Positions 1-10,278 of a DNA stretch of 33,473 bases are shown in pieces. This DNA comes from Reclinomonas americana ATCC 50394 (lineage: Eukaryota). Numbering within the stretch: position 1 is the first letter of the stretch; every line of letters begins with the position of its first letter. The DNA lies in NCBI GenBank assembly GCA_048213135.1, contig PS015773.1, positions 1,588 to 35,060 of the forward strand, read 5' to 3'. The notes under the pieces were generated by a model. The model saw only the letters and a program-made list of their open reading frames with translations. It did no database searches and was not told the DNA's origin. Position numbers and translations under genes: made by a program.

Positions 1-200
1 GAGGGAGCAGACGTACACCAACAGCCCATCGCGACAGTGCGCGCGCGTGCACACAATGTGCGAAAGAGAAAGTGAGATGCATGAAGTCGCAATCAACGAA
101 TTCGCACTCTCTCTCTTATCTCTTATGTTTGCGCGCGCGTGTTGTCGCGCTCCCCTCGCACTTGCCTGTGTGCCACGTGTGTTTGCGCGGTGCATTGCAG

Positions 201-2846
201 TGGCACCTGCGCAACAACAACAACAACAACAACAACAACAAACACCAGTGCAAACAGTACCATCAAAGTGCGTCCTCAACTGTGTCTGTGTGTGTGTGTG
301 AGCGCACGTTGTCACGTGTTGTTGACACATGCGCCACAGTTCATTACTCAAACAGTGGTTGGCGGTGTCTGCGAGATCAGAACGAGGTGTGTCACACAAT
401 CACTCTTTACTCACTCACTTTCTCCCTCACTCACTGCACATGTGGTCAGTGATGCGCAACCACAACTTGGCGCTGTTCCGCTTGCTGTCGACGCACGGAT
501 GTCTGTTGGACTCGCGATCGGCGACTCGACTGTCGCGAGTGGAGCACTATGCACAGGATGGCGACTGGGAGTCGGCGGTGCGCACCATCACCGACTGCAT
601 TCGCGATCGTAACGATGCGTGGTCGTTGTACGCACAGGTGTGTGTGAGGCTCTCCACGCCTCGTCACTCGGCTGTTCTCTCCCACTCACTCTGTGTGAGC
701 AGCGTGGTGTCTTGTATCGCTTGGCTGGCGACATGTCGATGAGCATTCGCGATGGGAAGCACGCGGTGCGTCTGTGTGCCGAGCCGACGGAGAGGGCGTT
801 GGCGTCGTGTGCGCTGGGCGAAACAGTTGCGTTGATTGGGAGGGGAGAGAGAGTGGCGCAGCGGCGCCATCTCACACGCATCGGTGCAGTACTTGGCCAG
901 CGGCGACGTGCAGCTGGCGCAGGAAGCGTTCACAAACTCCCTGAAGGACGATCCGGACTCGTGGTACGCGCTGACCGGGAGAGCAGAAGCGTACCTGGCA
1001 CAACAACTATTCAGTCAGGCGCTATTAGATCTCAACCGAGCGGCTGGTGGGGGGCACTACAACACATCAATCTCGTCTCCCACGTCTCACTCGTGGCACT
1101 CGCAGAGCTTGCTGGCGACGACGAAGAGAGCTGGCGCGTGCACGAACTACTTGGCCTGACGCACATGATGCTGGAGAGACCAATGGCGGCTGTGGATGCG
1201 CTGAATCGGTCGTTGGCACGCAATCCGGAGCACTTGGACGCGCGCAAGCTGCGTGGGTCGCTGTACGCGCGTCTCGGCCTCTTTTCTCTCGCCGTCAAGG
1301 ATCTCGATCTGGCGCTGGCCGTGGAGCCCGGCAATGTGGAGCTCATTCTGGCTCGCGGTCGGTGCGTGCACCTGCGTAATGGTTGACGGTGCAGTCCACG
1401 GCCTTCTCATTCGTCTTCGGTGTCATCGCGCAGTTCATATCTCGAGCTCGGGCAATACGAGGATGCGATTCGCGACTTTGAGAGTGTGGTGTTTCAGAAT
1501 CGCAGCAAGGGTTTGTGCATCACGCTGCTGCTCCACACTGCCCTTCAACTGTTTGACTCACTCTCTTTGTGTAGACACATCCGAAATCAGCGAACGCAAA
1601 ATACGACACCTGCAATATGCGTGCAACAATCTCGGCTACGCCTACGCCTGCCTCGGGGACTACGCACGCGCACTGGGCGTGCTGAACAAGTCCGTACAGT
1701 TGGATCCAAACGATGCCTCGGCGTACAGCAATCGCGCCTCGGTGCTCTTTGAGTCCGAGTCCTACGCCGGTATGTACACACACATAGACAAACACGCACT
1801 CAAGTATGGGCTTGCCAACTCACCACACGCCACTCCCGAACGCAGATAGTATTCCGGACTACGACCGCGCTCTGGAGCTCGACAACTCGCTGCACTTGGT
1901 GCGCCTGAACCGCGGCATCGCCCACATGATGACCGGCAACTACGTTGCCGCCGAACGTGACCTGTCTGCCGTGGCCGTGTCGCTGCCAGACAATGTCGAT
2001 GTGTACATTTCCCGCGGTACGATGTGGACGCTGACGCTGCGTGCACTGTCGGCGGAGAACGACCACTTTAGTGTGGCCGATGAAACACGCGACCTGGTCG
2101 GCAAGTCAGCCTCGCAGCCGCAGCAGAAACTGCTCCTGCTGGAGGCTGGTGATTCGCCATCATCATCATCATCGACGTCGTCAAGAGCTGCACACACGGC
2201 AGGTGGCACAGCGGCCACCACAGCCGCCGTGTTGGTGAATGCCGACCAGCCATCACCACAACAACAACAACAACACCAACCCGCACAATCCATACAGCAA
2301 CAACAACAACAACAACAGCAGGTGTCGGGCGTGGAGTCTGCCGTGGCGCCCAAGACGTACGCGCTGTACGAGCCGGGACCGGAGATGCACCCGGTGCGCA
2401 TCCGCACCATTCTGGAGGAGCTGGAGGAGCTCTTTAGGCGCAACAAATCGACCGACAAGCCGAACGAGGGTGACGTCGCAGCGTTGCCGTCATCGCCAGC
2501 ACCGTCCACTACACCGCCACCTCCCGCAGCCGAAGAGGAACAAGAAGAACCGGCGCGCCATCAGCCAGAAGTGATATACAATCGCTTCCTCAGCCGGCGC
2601 GAGTGCTTGCGGCGTGCTGTCGCCGACTTTGAGAAGGCGCTGCAATTGGATCCGTTCCGCGAGGAGCCCTACGATCATCTCATTACGTTGTGGCGCGAAG
2701 CCGGTCGCGACGACAAGGCGGCGCAGGTGCTGGCGCGCAAGGTTCGCGCCATGCTGCAGGCGCAAGCTTACGCACAACAGGAGCTGCAGCAGCTCCAACA
2801 GGAGGACGAGGAGGAGTGGCAGGCGAAGGGTAAGGCAGGCAGATGA
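201..2846 (+). CDS. Multi-exon tetratricopeptide-repeat (TPR) protein, probably 5'-partial
   Basis: Manual splicing across GT-AG introns (e.g. 268-339, 387-449, 638-702, and one starting at 826) gives serial TPR motifs: LGETYLASGDVQLAQEAFTNSLKDDP, LGLTHMMLERPMAAVDALNRSLARNP, NNLGYAYACLGDYARALGVLNKSVQLDP, AVADFEKALQLDP. Contains poly-Q/S insertions; stop TGA at 2844-2846. The exon at 201-267 joins in phase, so the true start may lie upstream of the window. Confidence 0.85.
212..241 (+). repeat. (CAA)n trinucleotide repeat, read as poly-Q in a TPR-gene exon
   Basis: About 10 consecutive CAA units; similar tracts occur at ~2258-2320. Confidence 0.9.
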
Positions 2847-2916
2847 GGTCGGCAGTCACTGTGTGAAGCGTGCACCACGTCGTGTCGAGTCATCTCCGAC
2901 AAGACTGTATATTTCA

Positions 2917-5000
2917 TTATGCGACCTCGACCACCGGCGACACCACGAGAGGCGCTAGCCTCTCGCTCCTCGACTTTTTCAGTGGTGGTGATGCGTCCGG
3001 TGCTGCAGCTGCACTTTCGATTGCGACAAGGGGGGCGGCAGCCGAAGGTAGAACGGGAGCGGATATGGGAGCAGCTATGGACACGGGGCTGGAGCGGCCG
3101 GACGCGGGCGCACTCGCGCTGCGCATCATCATGTGTGCTCCATCGGCAGCTGCGCGAGCGGCCGCCTCCGCAATCGCCGGGCAGCACATCATCTCTGACT
3201 GCACGTGCTGGTGCTGGTGTTGCTGGTGCGCGTGGACGCCCATGTTGGGTGGGGGGAAAGGGGAGAGCGAGGCTGCCCGTCGACGGCCACCTCTTCTCTT
3301 CTCCAGCTTCAATGCCGGCAACACCACCGTCTCCAGCATGTAGTAGCCCTGTTTCATTTGTTCGAGCAGCCGCCGCTCGGCAGAGGCGTCGGCACCAGTC
3401 GCTGCGGTGTACCAGGTGAGTTTTCGCAACGCAGAGGAAAGAGGAGAGGGCAGACCTTCGAGCGCGTCGATGTAAGCCTCTTGGTAGGCGCGCTTGTACT
3501 CGCGCAGCACATCGTTGGTGAGCGCACTCCACGGCAGCATCACCACAGAGTCGGTGATTACGGCGCGCGGCACCACACGGCGAATGGCCTCCTGGAACAC
3601 ACGATTGCTGAACTCGGGAGCCTTGTGACTCAATTCCACGGTCAGCGATACGTGCTCCTGTGATGCGCGTACGCGTCAGCATCCCTCCCCTCTCTCTCCC
3701 TCTCCCTCTCCGCCCTTCGCCAGCCCCCCACCTGCACGAGAAAGTCGGGGTGCTGCGGGCCGATCTGGCGAATCTGACGCTGCAGGTGGTGCGCAATCTC
3801 CTCGGGATTCTCTGCGCAATATCGGAAAAACTGCGTGGTGAGTGTTGTGCTGTGATGTGTGGAGGGAGGGGGCGGACGAGCCACTGCTCAGGCACCTGAG
3901 AGCCACGCCATCAGGCTGTCCTTGGTGCCGTCCGGACACTGGCTCAGCATCGCATCGCACCGCTGCATCAACTCCATCTCCTCGTCGGTGAAACTCACTG
4001 GAGACACATGCATAATACGGCGTCACAAATCACTGGCATGCATGCACGATTGCAGGCATGCAACTGGCAATTGCACCTGGCTTCACTGGCGATGGCGGCC
4101 GCAGCAACCGCGTGATGCTGGCCACAATGTTTGCCACGGTTTCCTCCTCGGCTGCGCATGGATTGAAGTGAGTTCGCTGCAGTCGAGAATAAGTTTGCCC
4201 CATACATGGAGATTCCCTTTGTCTCACCGTCGCCAACGCCCGTGTACCTGGCATCCACCACTTCACCCTCTCTGCGTACGAGTGAGACCAAGAGAGCACC
4301 AGCGTTGCGTGTGCTCGCTTCACGACTGCCTCACCTGGTCGTGAGGCGAATAGAGACACCTCGCCTATCGGGAAGCACCACAGCTGCAGCACCCACAATG
4401 CCTGCAAACACAGCACACAAGCGTACACAGAAGGATATGTTCGCTTATTGAAGCAGCAGCAGCACGAAGAGCGAACAAATGGTGTTGCCCAATCACCACG
4501 AAAGAGAGAGAGAGAGAGAGAGGAGGGAGGAGAGAGGAAGGGAGAGAGGCATACGCTCTCACCTACAAATGTGCGCTGCTTGAGGCGCCAACAGGCTGCC
4601 AGTTGTCGCCTTTCGCATGTTCCATCCACACGAATCTTGTACGTTACCAACACAGTGCTGTGCAGGCACACATGCACGCACACACAACAGCAGAGAGGGC
4701 AGAGAGAGAGAGAGGAGAATGAGCGCGAGAGAGAGACACTCTGAAAATCGCATCTCCAATCTGACACTGCGCACTTGCAGGCAGCCGCGAGGCCACACGT
4801 GGCCAGCGCCAGCATAAAGTCAGCACCTGGGCGTGTGTGCACAACCACAGAGAACTGCACATTGACAAAGAGAGAGAGAATGAGTGAGCGAGAGACAGAA
4901 AGAGAAAGTTTCCACATTCGTCACTCCAATCACGCGCGCGCACCTTTACGTGCACCGAATCCTCCTCGTCGAGTGAGAACGAGGCGTGAGAGGCACCCAT
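2917..5000 (-). CDS. Hypothetical multi-exon protein with an MG start (possible N-myristoylation)
   Basis: ATG at 5000 (MGASHASFSLDEEDSVHVK|FSVVVHTRP...). GT-AG exons join in phase through ...SFTDEEMELMQRCDAMLSQCPDGTKDSLMAWLS|ENPEEIAHHLQRQ...PDFLVQ|EHVSLTVELSHKAPEF... to TAA at 2917. No recognised family; some internal boundaries are uncertain. Confidence 0.6.
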
Positions 5001-5385
5001 GTGTGTGTGTGATCGCTTCACACAATAACAACAACAGAAGAGGGCGAGCAAAATTACTCCTCGAATCCACTCCGTCGCCGATCGGAGAGCAAGGAAGCGA
5101 GCATCCCGCGCGCGTCCGGATTCGAATCACTAAGACACACACTCCGCAGCAGCGAACACCACTCTCTTGCACACACAGTTCCGTCACCAAATCTGTGTAC
5201 ACTGCCGGGCGAGCCGAGACTCGTTCTTTCTCAAAGTCGTCGAAGGAGAATGGGGGAAGAACAAGCGACGAGCGACCGGCAAAAAAAATATGTAGGGAAA
5301 AAGAGAGAAAGCCGCCGGGGAGGGAGGGGGAGGGAGAACAAAAAAGAGTCTGCGTGAGTTGTTGTGTTTGTTTTTCTTCGTGTTG

Positions 5386-5997
5386 TCACTTGCGGATCGT
5401 GTCGACGAGCCATGCCATGGCCTCCTCCAGACCCTCGCCAGTCTCGGCTGAGCATGGCTGGATGGCCCACTTGCGGCCGCGGAGACCACTCAGGTTGAGT
5501 GTTTCCGAGATCTGCCATGCCATGCCGTGGTGTGAGCATCGACAACAACAACAACAACGACGAAGTGAGCAACGAGAGACCTCATCAGGTGGCAACGCAG
5601 TGACCAGATCCTGCTTGTTGGCCAACACCAGCAACGGCACTGCAGCCATTTGCTCCTCCTCCAGAATGAGCGCCAGCTCAATGCTGGTCTCCTCGAGGCG
5701 GCGACGATCGGCGCTGTCAATCACGTACACCAGTGCGTCAGTGTTCTCGTAATAGTTGCGCCAGTACGGGCGAATCGATCGCTGGCCTCCAATGTCCCAC
5801 ACGTTCAGCTTGAAGCCGTCTTGCACCAGACTCTGCGCACGAATCGTCGTCAGAGAGGAGAGGGGCAAAGAGAGAGAAGGAAGAGAGAAGGAGAAAGGGA
5901 GTGCTCTGATCGACTTGTTCACTGCTGCTCTCACGTCTATCCCATTTCTCTGTATCCACGCGTGCGTGCGTGCATGCATGCGTGCGTGCGTGCGTGC

Positions 5998-6036
<39 letters not shown>

Positions 6037-6828
6037 AGTCTACTGATTGACTTGTTCACTGCTGCTCTCCTATCGCTTCTTCTCTTCCTGTCTTTCTTTC
6101 TCATTCTCTCTCATCTCTCTCTCTGTGTGTGTGCCTATATGTTGATCGACTTGTTCACTGCTGCTCTCCTGTCTCTTCTCATCTCTTCCTGTCTTTCTTT
6201 CTCATTCTTTCTCATCTCTCTCTCTCTCTCTCTCTTTCTGTGTGTGTGTGTACCTTGATGTTGAATCCTTGAGTGGGGGTAATGTGTGTGGGATCCTCAT
6301 CGGCCAGCTTCTTGAGGCACGATGTCTTGCCGGCATTGTCGAGACCGAGAATCAAGATGCGAGCTTCTTGCTCGCTCTTCTTCAGCTTGCGCAGCAATGA
6401 CAACAGACCCTGAGAGAGAGAGAGAAGGAGAGTGCCAAAGATAAGTCGGTCATGTCGCACACGCGCACGCGCTCACACTTGAGCGTGCTTGTCTCTTGTG
6501 TGTGTGCGTGTGTGCGTGAGAGAGATGCATGTGTGAATGTGTGTGGAGGTGCACAGAGACAACACGTGCAATTTGAGTTCATGCGCGCAAGTGTGTGCAT
6601 CTCTCTCTGTTTCCACGTACGCATGCACAACAGTGTGTGTGCGTCTATGCGCGTGTGTGTATGAGAGAGAGAGAAGAGAGCAGTGACAAGAGCGTGTCCG
6701 ATGGTGGCCATTCTCACACGCACACACACGCAAAAGCACATGCACAGCTGCCGCCTTTCTCTCTCTCTGTCGCACACGCACACACTCTCTTGCACACACA
6801 CATACACACGACACGCGCAACTCACCAT
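5386..6828 (-). CDS. ARL3: ADP-ribosylation factor-like GTPase 3 (ciliary Arf-family GTPase), 178 aa
   Basis: Exons 6826-6828 (ATG only), 6254-6409, 5581-5832 and 5386-5511 give [77 protein letters not shown] and IRPYW are ARL3-type signatures. Confidence 0.95.
5907..6210. repeat. Three copies of a 26-nt motif (TGATYGACTTGTTCACTGCTGCTCTC) interleaved with GT/CT microsatellites in ARL3 intron 2
   Basis: Copies start at 5907, 6044 and 6143; copies 2 and 3 share further downstream sequence. Confidence 0.85.
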
Positions 6829-6921
6829 CGCTAACAATCTATATCCAACGGTTTACAAGCCCCGTCGATCGGAGTGGAGTGGTGGAAAACACACACATTT
6901 GCACTCTCTTTGCATACGCGC
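6829..6921. promoter_or_regulatory. Putative bidirectional promoter shared by ARL3 and the BART-domain gene
   Basis: Only 93 bp separate the two divergent start codons (6828 on -, 6922 on +). Function is inferred from position only. Confidence 0.6.
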
Positions 6922-7634
6922 ATGACTGAGGAGTTGTTTGAGAAGCTCGCCGTCTTCTTCTTCGACGATGACATCACGTTGCGTAGCAAAGATGGAAAAA
7001 AGGAAGAAAAATCGATTGGTTTGCGCGCGCGCTCACACTTTCTGTCTCTCTCACTCTCACACAGAGGCGCCTTTGAGTCATTCAAGGCAAAGCACGCAGA
7101 GGCGTTTGTTGGAGTTGCGTGTGTGTGTGTGAGTGCGCGCGCGCGCAAGTTGACTCCTCTCTCTCACGTGCATGTTGTTGCGCAGGCGGATTTGACTGGC
7201 GAGCAGAAGCTTGAGTTGCGCACTCTCTGCCTCCATCTCCTCTCTGTGTTATCACTCACATGTGCGTCTCTGCGCGTGCAAAGATGGACGGGCATTTACA
7301 AGGAATTCCAAGAAATGGTTTCGACTCTCAATCATTCACTCGCTCACTCGCTCGCGCGCGGAAAAACACTCATTGTTTGTGTGACACAGTACCAAGCCAA
7401 GCTGGTGGACTTCCTCACACAGGAGAACATTAGCGAGGAGCAGTTTGCGGAGCTGTGTGCCAGTGTTGCGTTCTTACCATTCGATATCATGTTGTTCATG
7501 ATGTGCTGGCTGCTCAGTGTCGTCACACGGTACGTGCGTAGGTACCAGAAGACTCGGATAACGGGCAGATTGTGCAGCTGCTGCTGGCCACCGCCGACTA
7601 CGATGTCTTTTTGCAACTGATGACCACCGACTGA
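6922..7634 (+). CDS. BART-domain protein (ARL2BP / CFAP36-BARTL1 family ARL2/ARL3 effector)
   Basis: Six exons splice to MTEELFEKLAVFFFDDDITGAFESFKAKHAEAFVGADLTGEQKLEWTGIYKEFQEMYQAKLVDFLTQENISEEQFAELCASVPEDSDNGQIVQLLLATADYDVFLQLMTTD*. This fits the ARL2_Bind_BART pattern (F..F.....F, E.KLE.T.I..E, isee.F, l.l....Df..F..lM). Confidence 0.85.
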
Positions 7635-7819
7635 TGCGTGGACGGAAGAGAAAGGAGTGTTGAGGGTTGTTTTTGACGCTCCAGCGGCAGTGAATGCACG
7701 CTGCGCCACTGTAACACAACAACAACGACAGGTACATTGGGGGATTTTTTCTTTCGAGCGCTGCCAGCCGCCCGAAGCAGCAGCAGCAGCAACAACAACA
7801 ACACCGGTAACGAAAACAC

Positions 7820-8983
7820 TCACTGGTCATTGACCAGCTCGACGGAGAGCAGACCCTGTGGCTTGTACGGGTATGGGAGCTTGCCGCCCGTGTTCTGGTG
7901 CATGGTCACGCCGAGATTGATCAGGATCTGCCACACCTTCTTGATGTCGTCGGGGTGTCCGTGAATGCAGCCGTGCGAGTTGGGCTGCGCGCACGCGCAC
8001 ACAGTGAGCAGCGATCACAGAAAACGGAAGAGTGCACGGGCGTGGCGTACCATGGGCATCGAGGGATTCCAGTTGGCCCACTCGCCCGTGTGCAGCAGAA
8101 TGCCGTCGCGAATGTCAGAGATCACAATGGCAGCGTTGCCCTTCAGGCCCTGCACGGCGCGATTGATGGGGTACGGGCCGTAGGAGACTGGATCGGGTTC
8201 GGGAGAGTTCAAGTCAAACGACGACAGGCCAGTGGGCGTCGAGCCATCACCAGCAAACTGCGCACAAGTGATGAGTTCGTCGTGCCAGACGCTCATCCAC
8301 ACAATCATGCTCGCAGTACCTGATTGAGCGCATCGCCGTCCTTGTCGTTCTGCCCATGCGTGCGCACAATGAACTGGTGCAGAATGTTCATCTGCGAGTC
8401 ATACAGCGTCGCCACCGTCTCCACCGACCGGTTGTGGAACACCGGCACGTGTACCTTGTACAGGTAGCCAGGCAGAATGGTACCATCGTCCACGTACCCG
8501 TCATCCATGTGCAAATCGAGGAGCTTTTGCGCCGTGTAGCACTCAAACACGCCCGTCACCTGCAAGCCGTTTCCAATCTGGAACTGACGCACCGCAGTCT
8601 ACAGGTAGGCATGAGTGAGCAGGAGAGAGAGTGTGTGCTGAGCGAGTGAGTGAGAGACCTCGGTGATTGTGTCATACTGCGAGGTGACATTGAGCGGAGG
8701 CGACATGGACTGCACAAACGGCGAGCGCAGCAACAGGTTCTGCGCAATGGTGACGTCATCACCGTGCAGTGGGAGCGGGAAGGTAAAGGTCAACGCGCGG
8801 AAAAACGGCGGTGGAAACACCGGCGTCGCACTCGCACAATCCGTCTTCTGTGTGCGCGTGTGTGTGTGAGTGGTCATGACACGCGCTCGCTCTTAGTGTG
8901 TGTGTAGTGGTGCGCGCAACAGCGGTGACGGTGTGTGCCAACACAGCGCACACAAGCAGCGCGAGAAGCACTGCGCTTTTCAT
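7820..8983 (-). CDS. Secreted peptidoglycan-binding (PG_binding_1-like) + YkuD L,D-transpeptidase-family protein
   Basis: Five exons. Signal peptide MKSAVLLALLVCAVLAHTVTA; PG-binding-like segment GDDVTIAQNLL..YDTITETAVRQFQIGNGLQVTGVF; TPTG motif; catalytic motif ILLHTGEWANWNPSMPM|PNSHGCIH (H-x15-SHGC). Stop at 7820. Confidence 0.85.
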
Positions 8984-9174
8984 TGTGGTGATATGACGTG
9001 AGAAAGTGATTGTCAGACGCGGACTGCGCGACGTTGCAGCAAAACTATATCATTGTTGTTTATCATCGTGTCTATGAACGAACATGTGTGTGTGTGTGAG
9101 CGGGGGAGGAGTGAGCGAGGGACAGGTGCGTGTAGAAAAGCGCGGCCATTTCCGACGCTCATCGCGCGCGACGC

Positions 9175-9561
9175 TCAAGGATCCATGTAGGCGCCGAGCC
9201 CGACGACCCTGCACAACGCGCGTCCCACTATACATAGTGTCAGCGCGCACGCGCGCACTTTGCACACACCAGTCACGTAACATTTGCGACCGAGCATCCC
9301 GCCCAATCGTCTCCAGATCCACGACGTTCCGCGCAACGCCTTTCGCACCTTCCGCGCGGCCTCCTCTGTGCGCAACCGCTCTGCCTTGCTGTCCTCGTCC
9401 TCGCTGCTGCTGCTCGCCTCGAAGTAGTCGTCGGGAATGTCATCGACTGTCGGCTTGATGCGTGCTGGTGAGTGGTGCGAGGGCGGTGGTGAGCGTGGTG
9501 AGCGCGGGGACACGCGTCGTGGTGAGCGCGAGCGCTGGCGAGGCCGCGATCGCCGCTTCAT
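9175..9561 (-). CDS. Possible Arg/Ser/Pro-rich hypothetical protein (structure unresolved)
   Basis: ORF MKRRSRPRQRSRSPRRVSPRSPRSPPP..DDIPDDYFEASSSSEDEDSKAERLRTEEAARK looks coding. I could not fix upstream (to ~10200) or downstream exons. Confidence 0.3.
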   Translation of the reverse strand: MKRRSRPRQRSRSPRRVSPRSPRSPPPSHHSPARIKPTVDDIPDDYFEASSSSEDEDSKAERLRTEEAARKVRKALRGTSWIWRRLGGMLGRKCYVTGVCKVRACALTLCIVGRALCRVVGLGAYMDP

Positions 9562-10278
9562 GCTAGGCGAAGAAAGAAGGATCTGCAGGACACGGAGTCT
9601 CCGTCAATGCCTGTTGTGGTGCGCTCGACACCGCCGTCGGTGGCGGTAACGTCGCGTGCAGGTGCGCTGCTGTCGCTGGCGTGGCAGACGCTGCGATCGC
9701 GGCACTTTGTGGTGACGTCGGTGCTGGCGACGTGTTATGCGCTGGTCGTGCGCGCGCGGGAGACCGCGGCAGGGAGGCGAGCTGCTCCTCGTGAAGGCGT
9801 GCTGGTGTCTTCGTGGAGAGATAAGCCTGTGTCGGTGTCGCGGTGGTGGCGGCGATGGTGGTTGTCGCGGAGCGAGGAAAAGGATGATCGGGAGGAGAAT
9901 GCGGTGCAGTGGGCACAGCGAGTGCGTTCGTTGCGTGAAGGTGTGCAGGCGCAGTCGTCGCGCATGGTGTTGCCTCCACCACCAGTGGCGATCCCACGAC
10001 GCGCGCTGAGATGATGGTGATCAATGAACGTCGCCAGCATGTTTGCAATGAGAATCGATACGCCTGGCGGCAACACAGATGTGCGACAGAGGGCCTATAC
10101 ACGGGCCCACAGACAGCCTTTGTTTGTGGTCGAGTCGCGTCCACTTTGTATTGTTGCGACGTTTGTTGTCGTCGCGTCCTCCATTGTCCATTTTCATCCC
10201 ATCGTCGCTCCTCCGTGTGCGCACTCGTTAACCCCCACTCCTTCTTCAACCTTCTCTCGTTATCCCTTGCTCGTTACC

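Noticed and set aside
826-889. Reading GTTGCG donors as non-canonical TT-starting introns shifted by one base
   Set aside because: Conserved residues (LGET-Y-LASG, LTT-Y-TGQ, TN-H) are recovered only with standard GT...AG boundaries.
6826-6828. ATG-only first coding exon of ARL3 as another microexon
   Set aside because: It is the end of a first exon that also carries 5' UTR; an intron directly after the ATG is a common arrangement.
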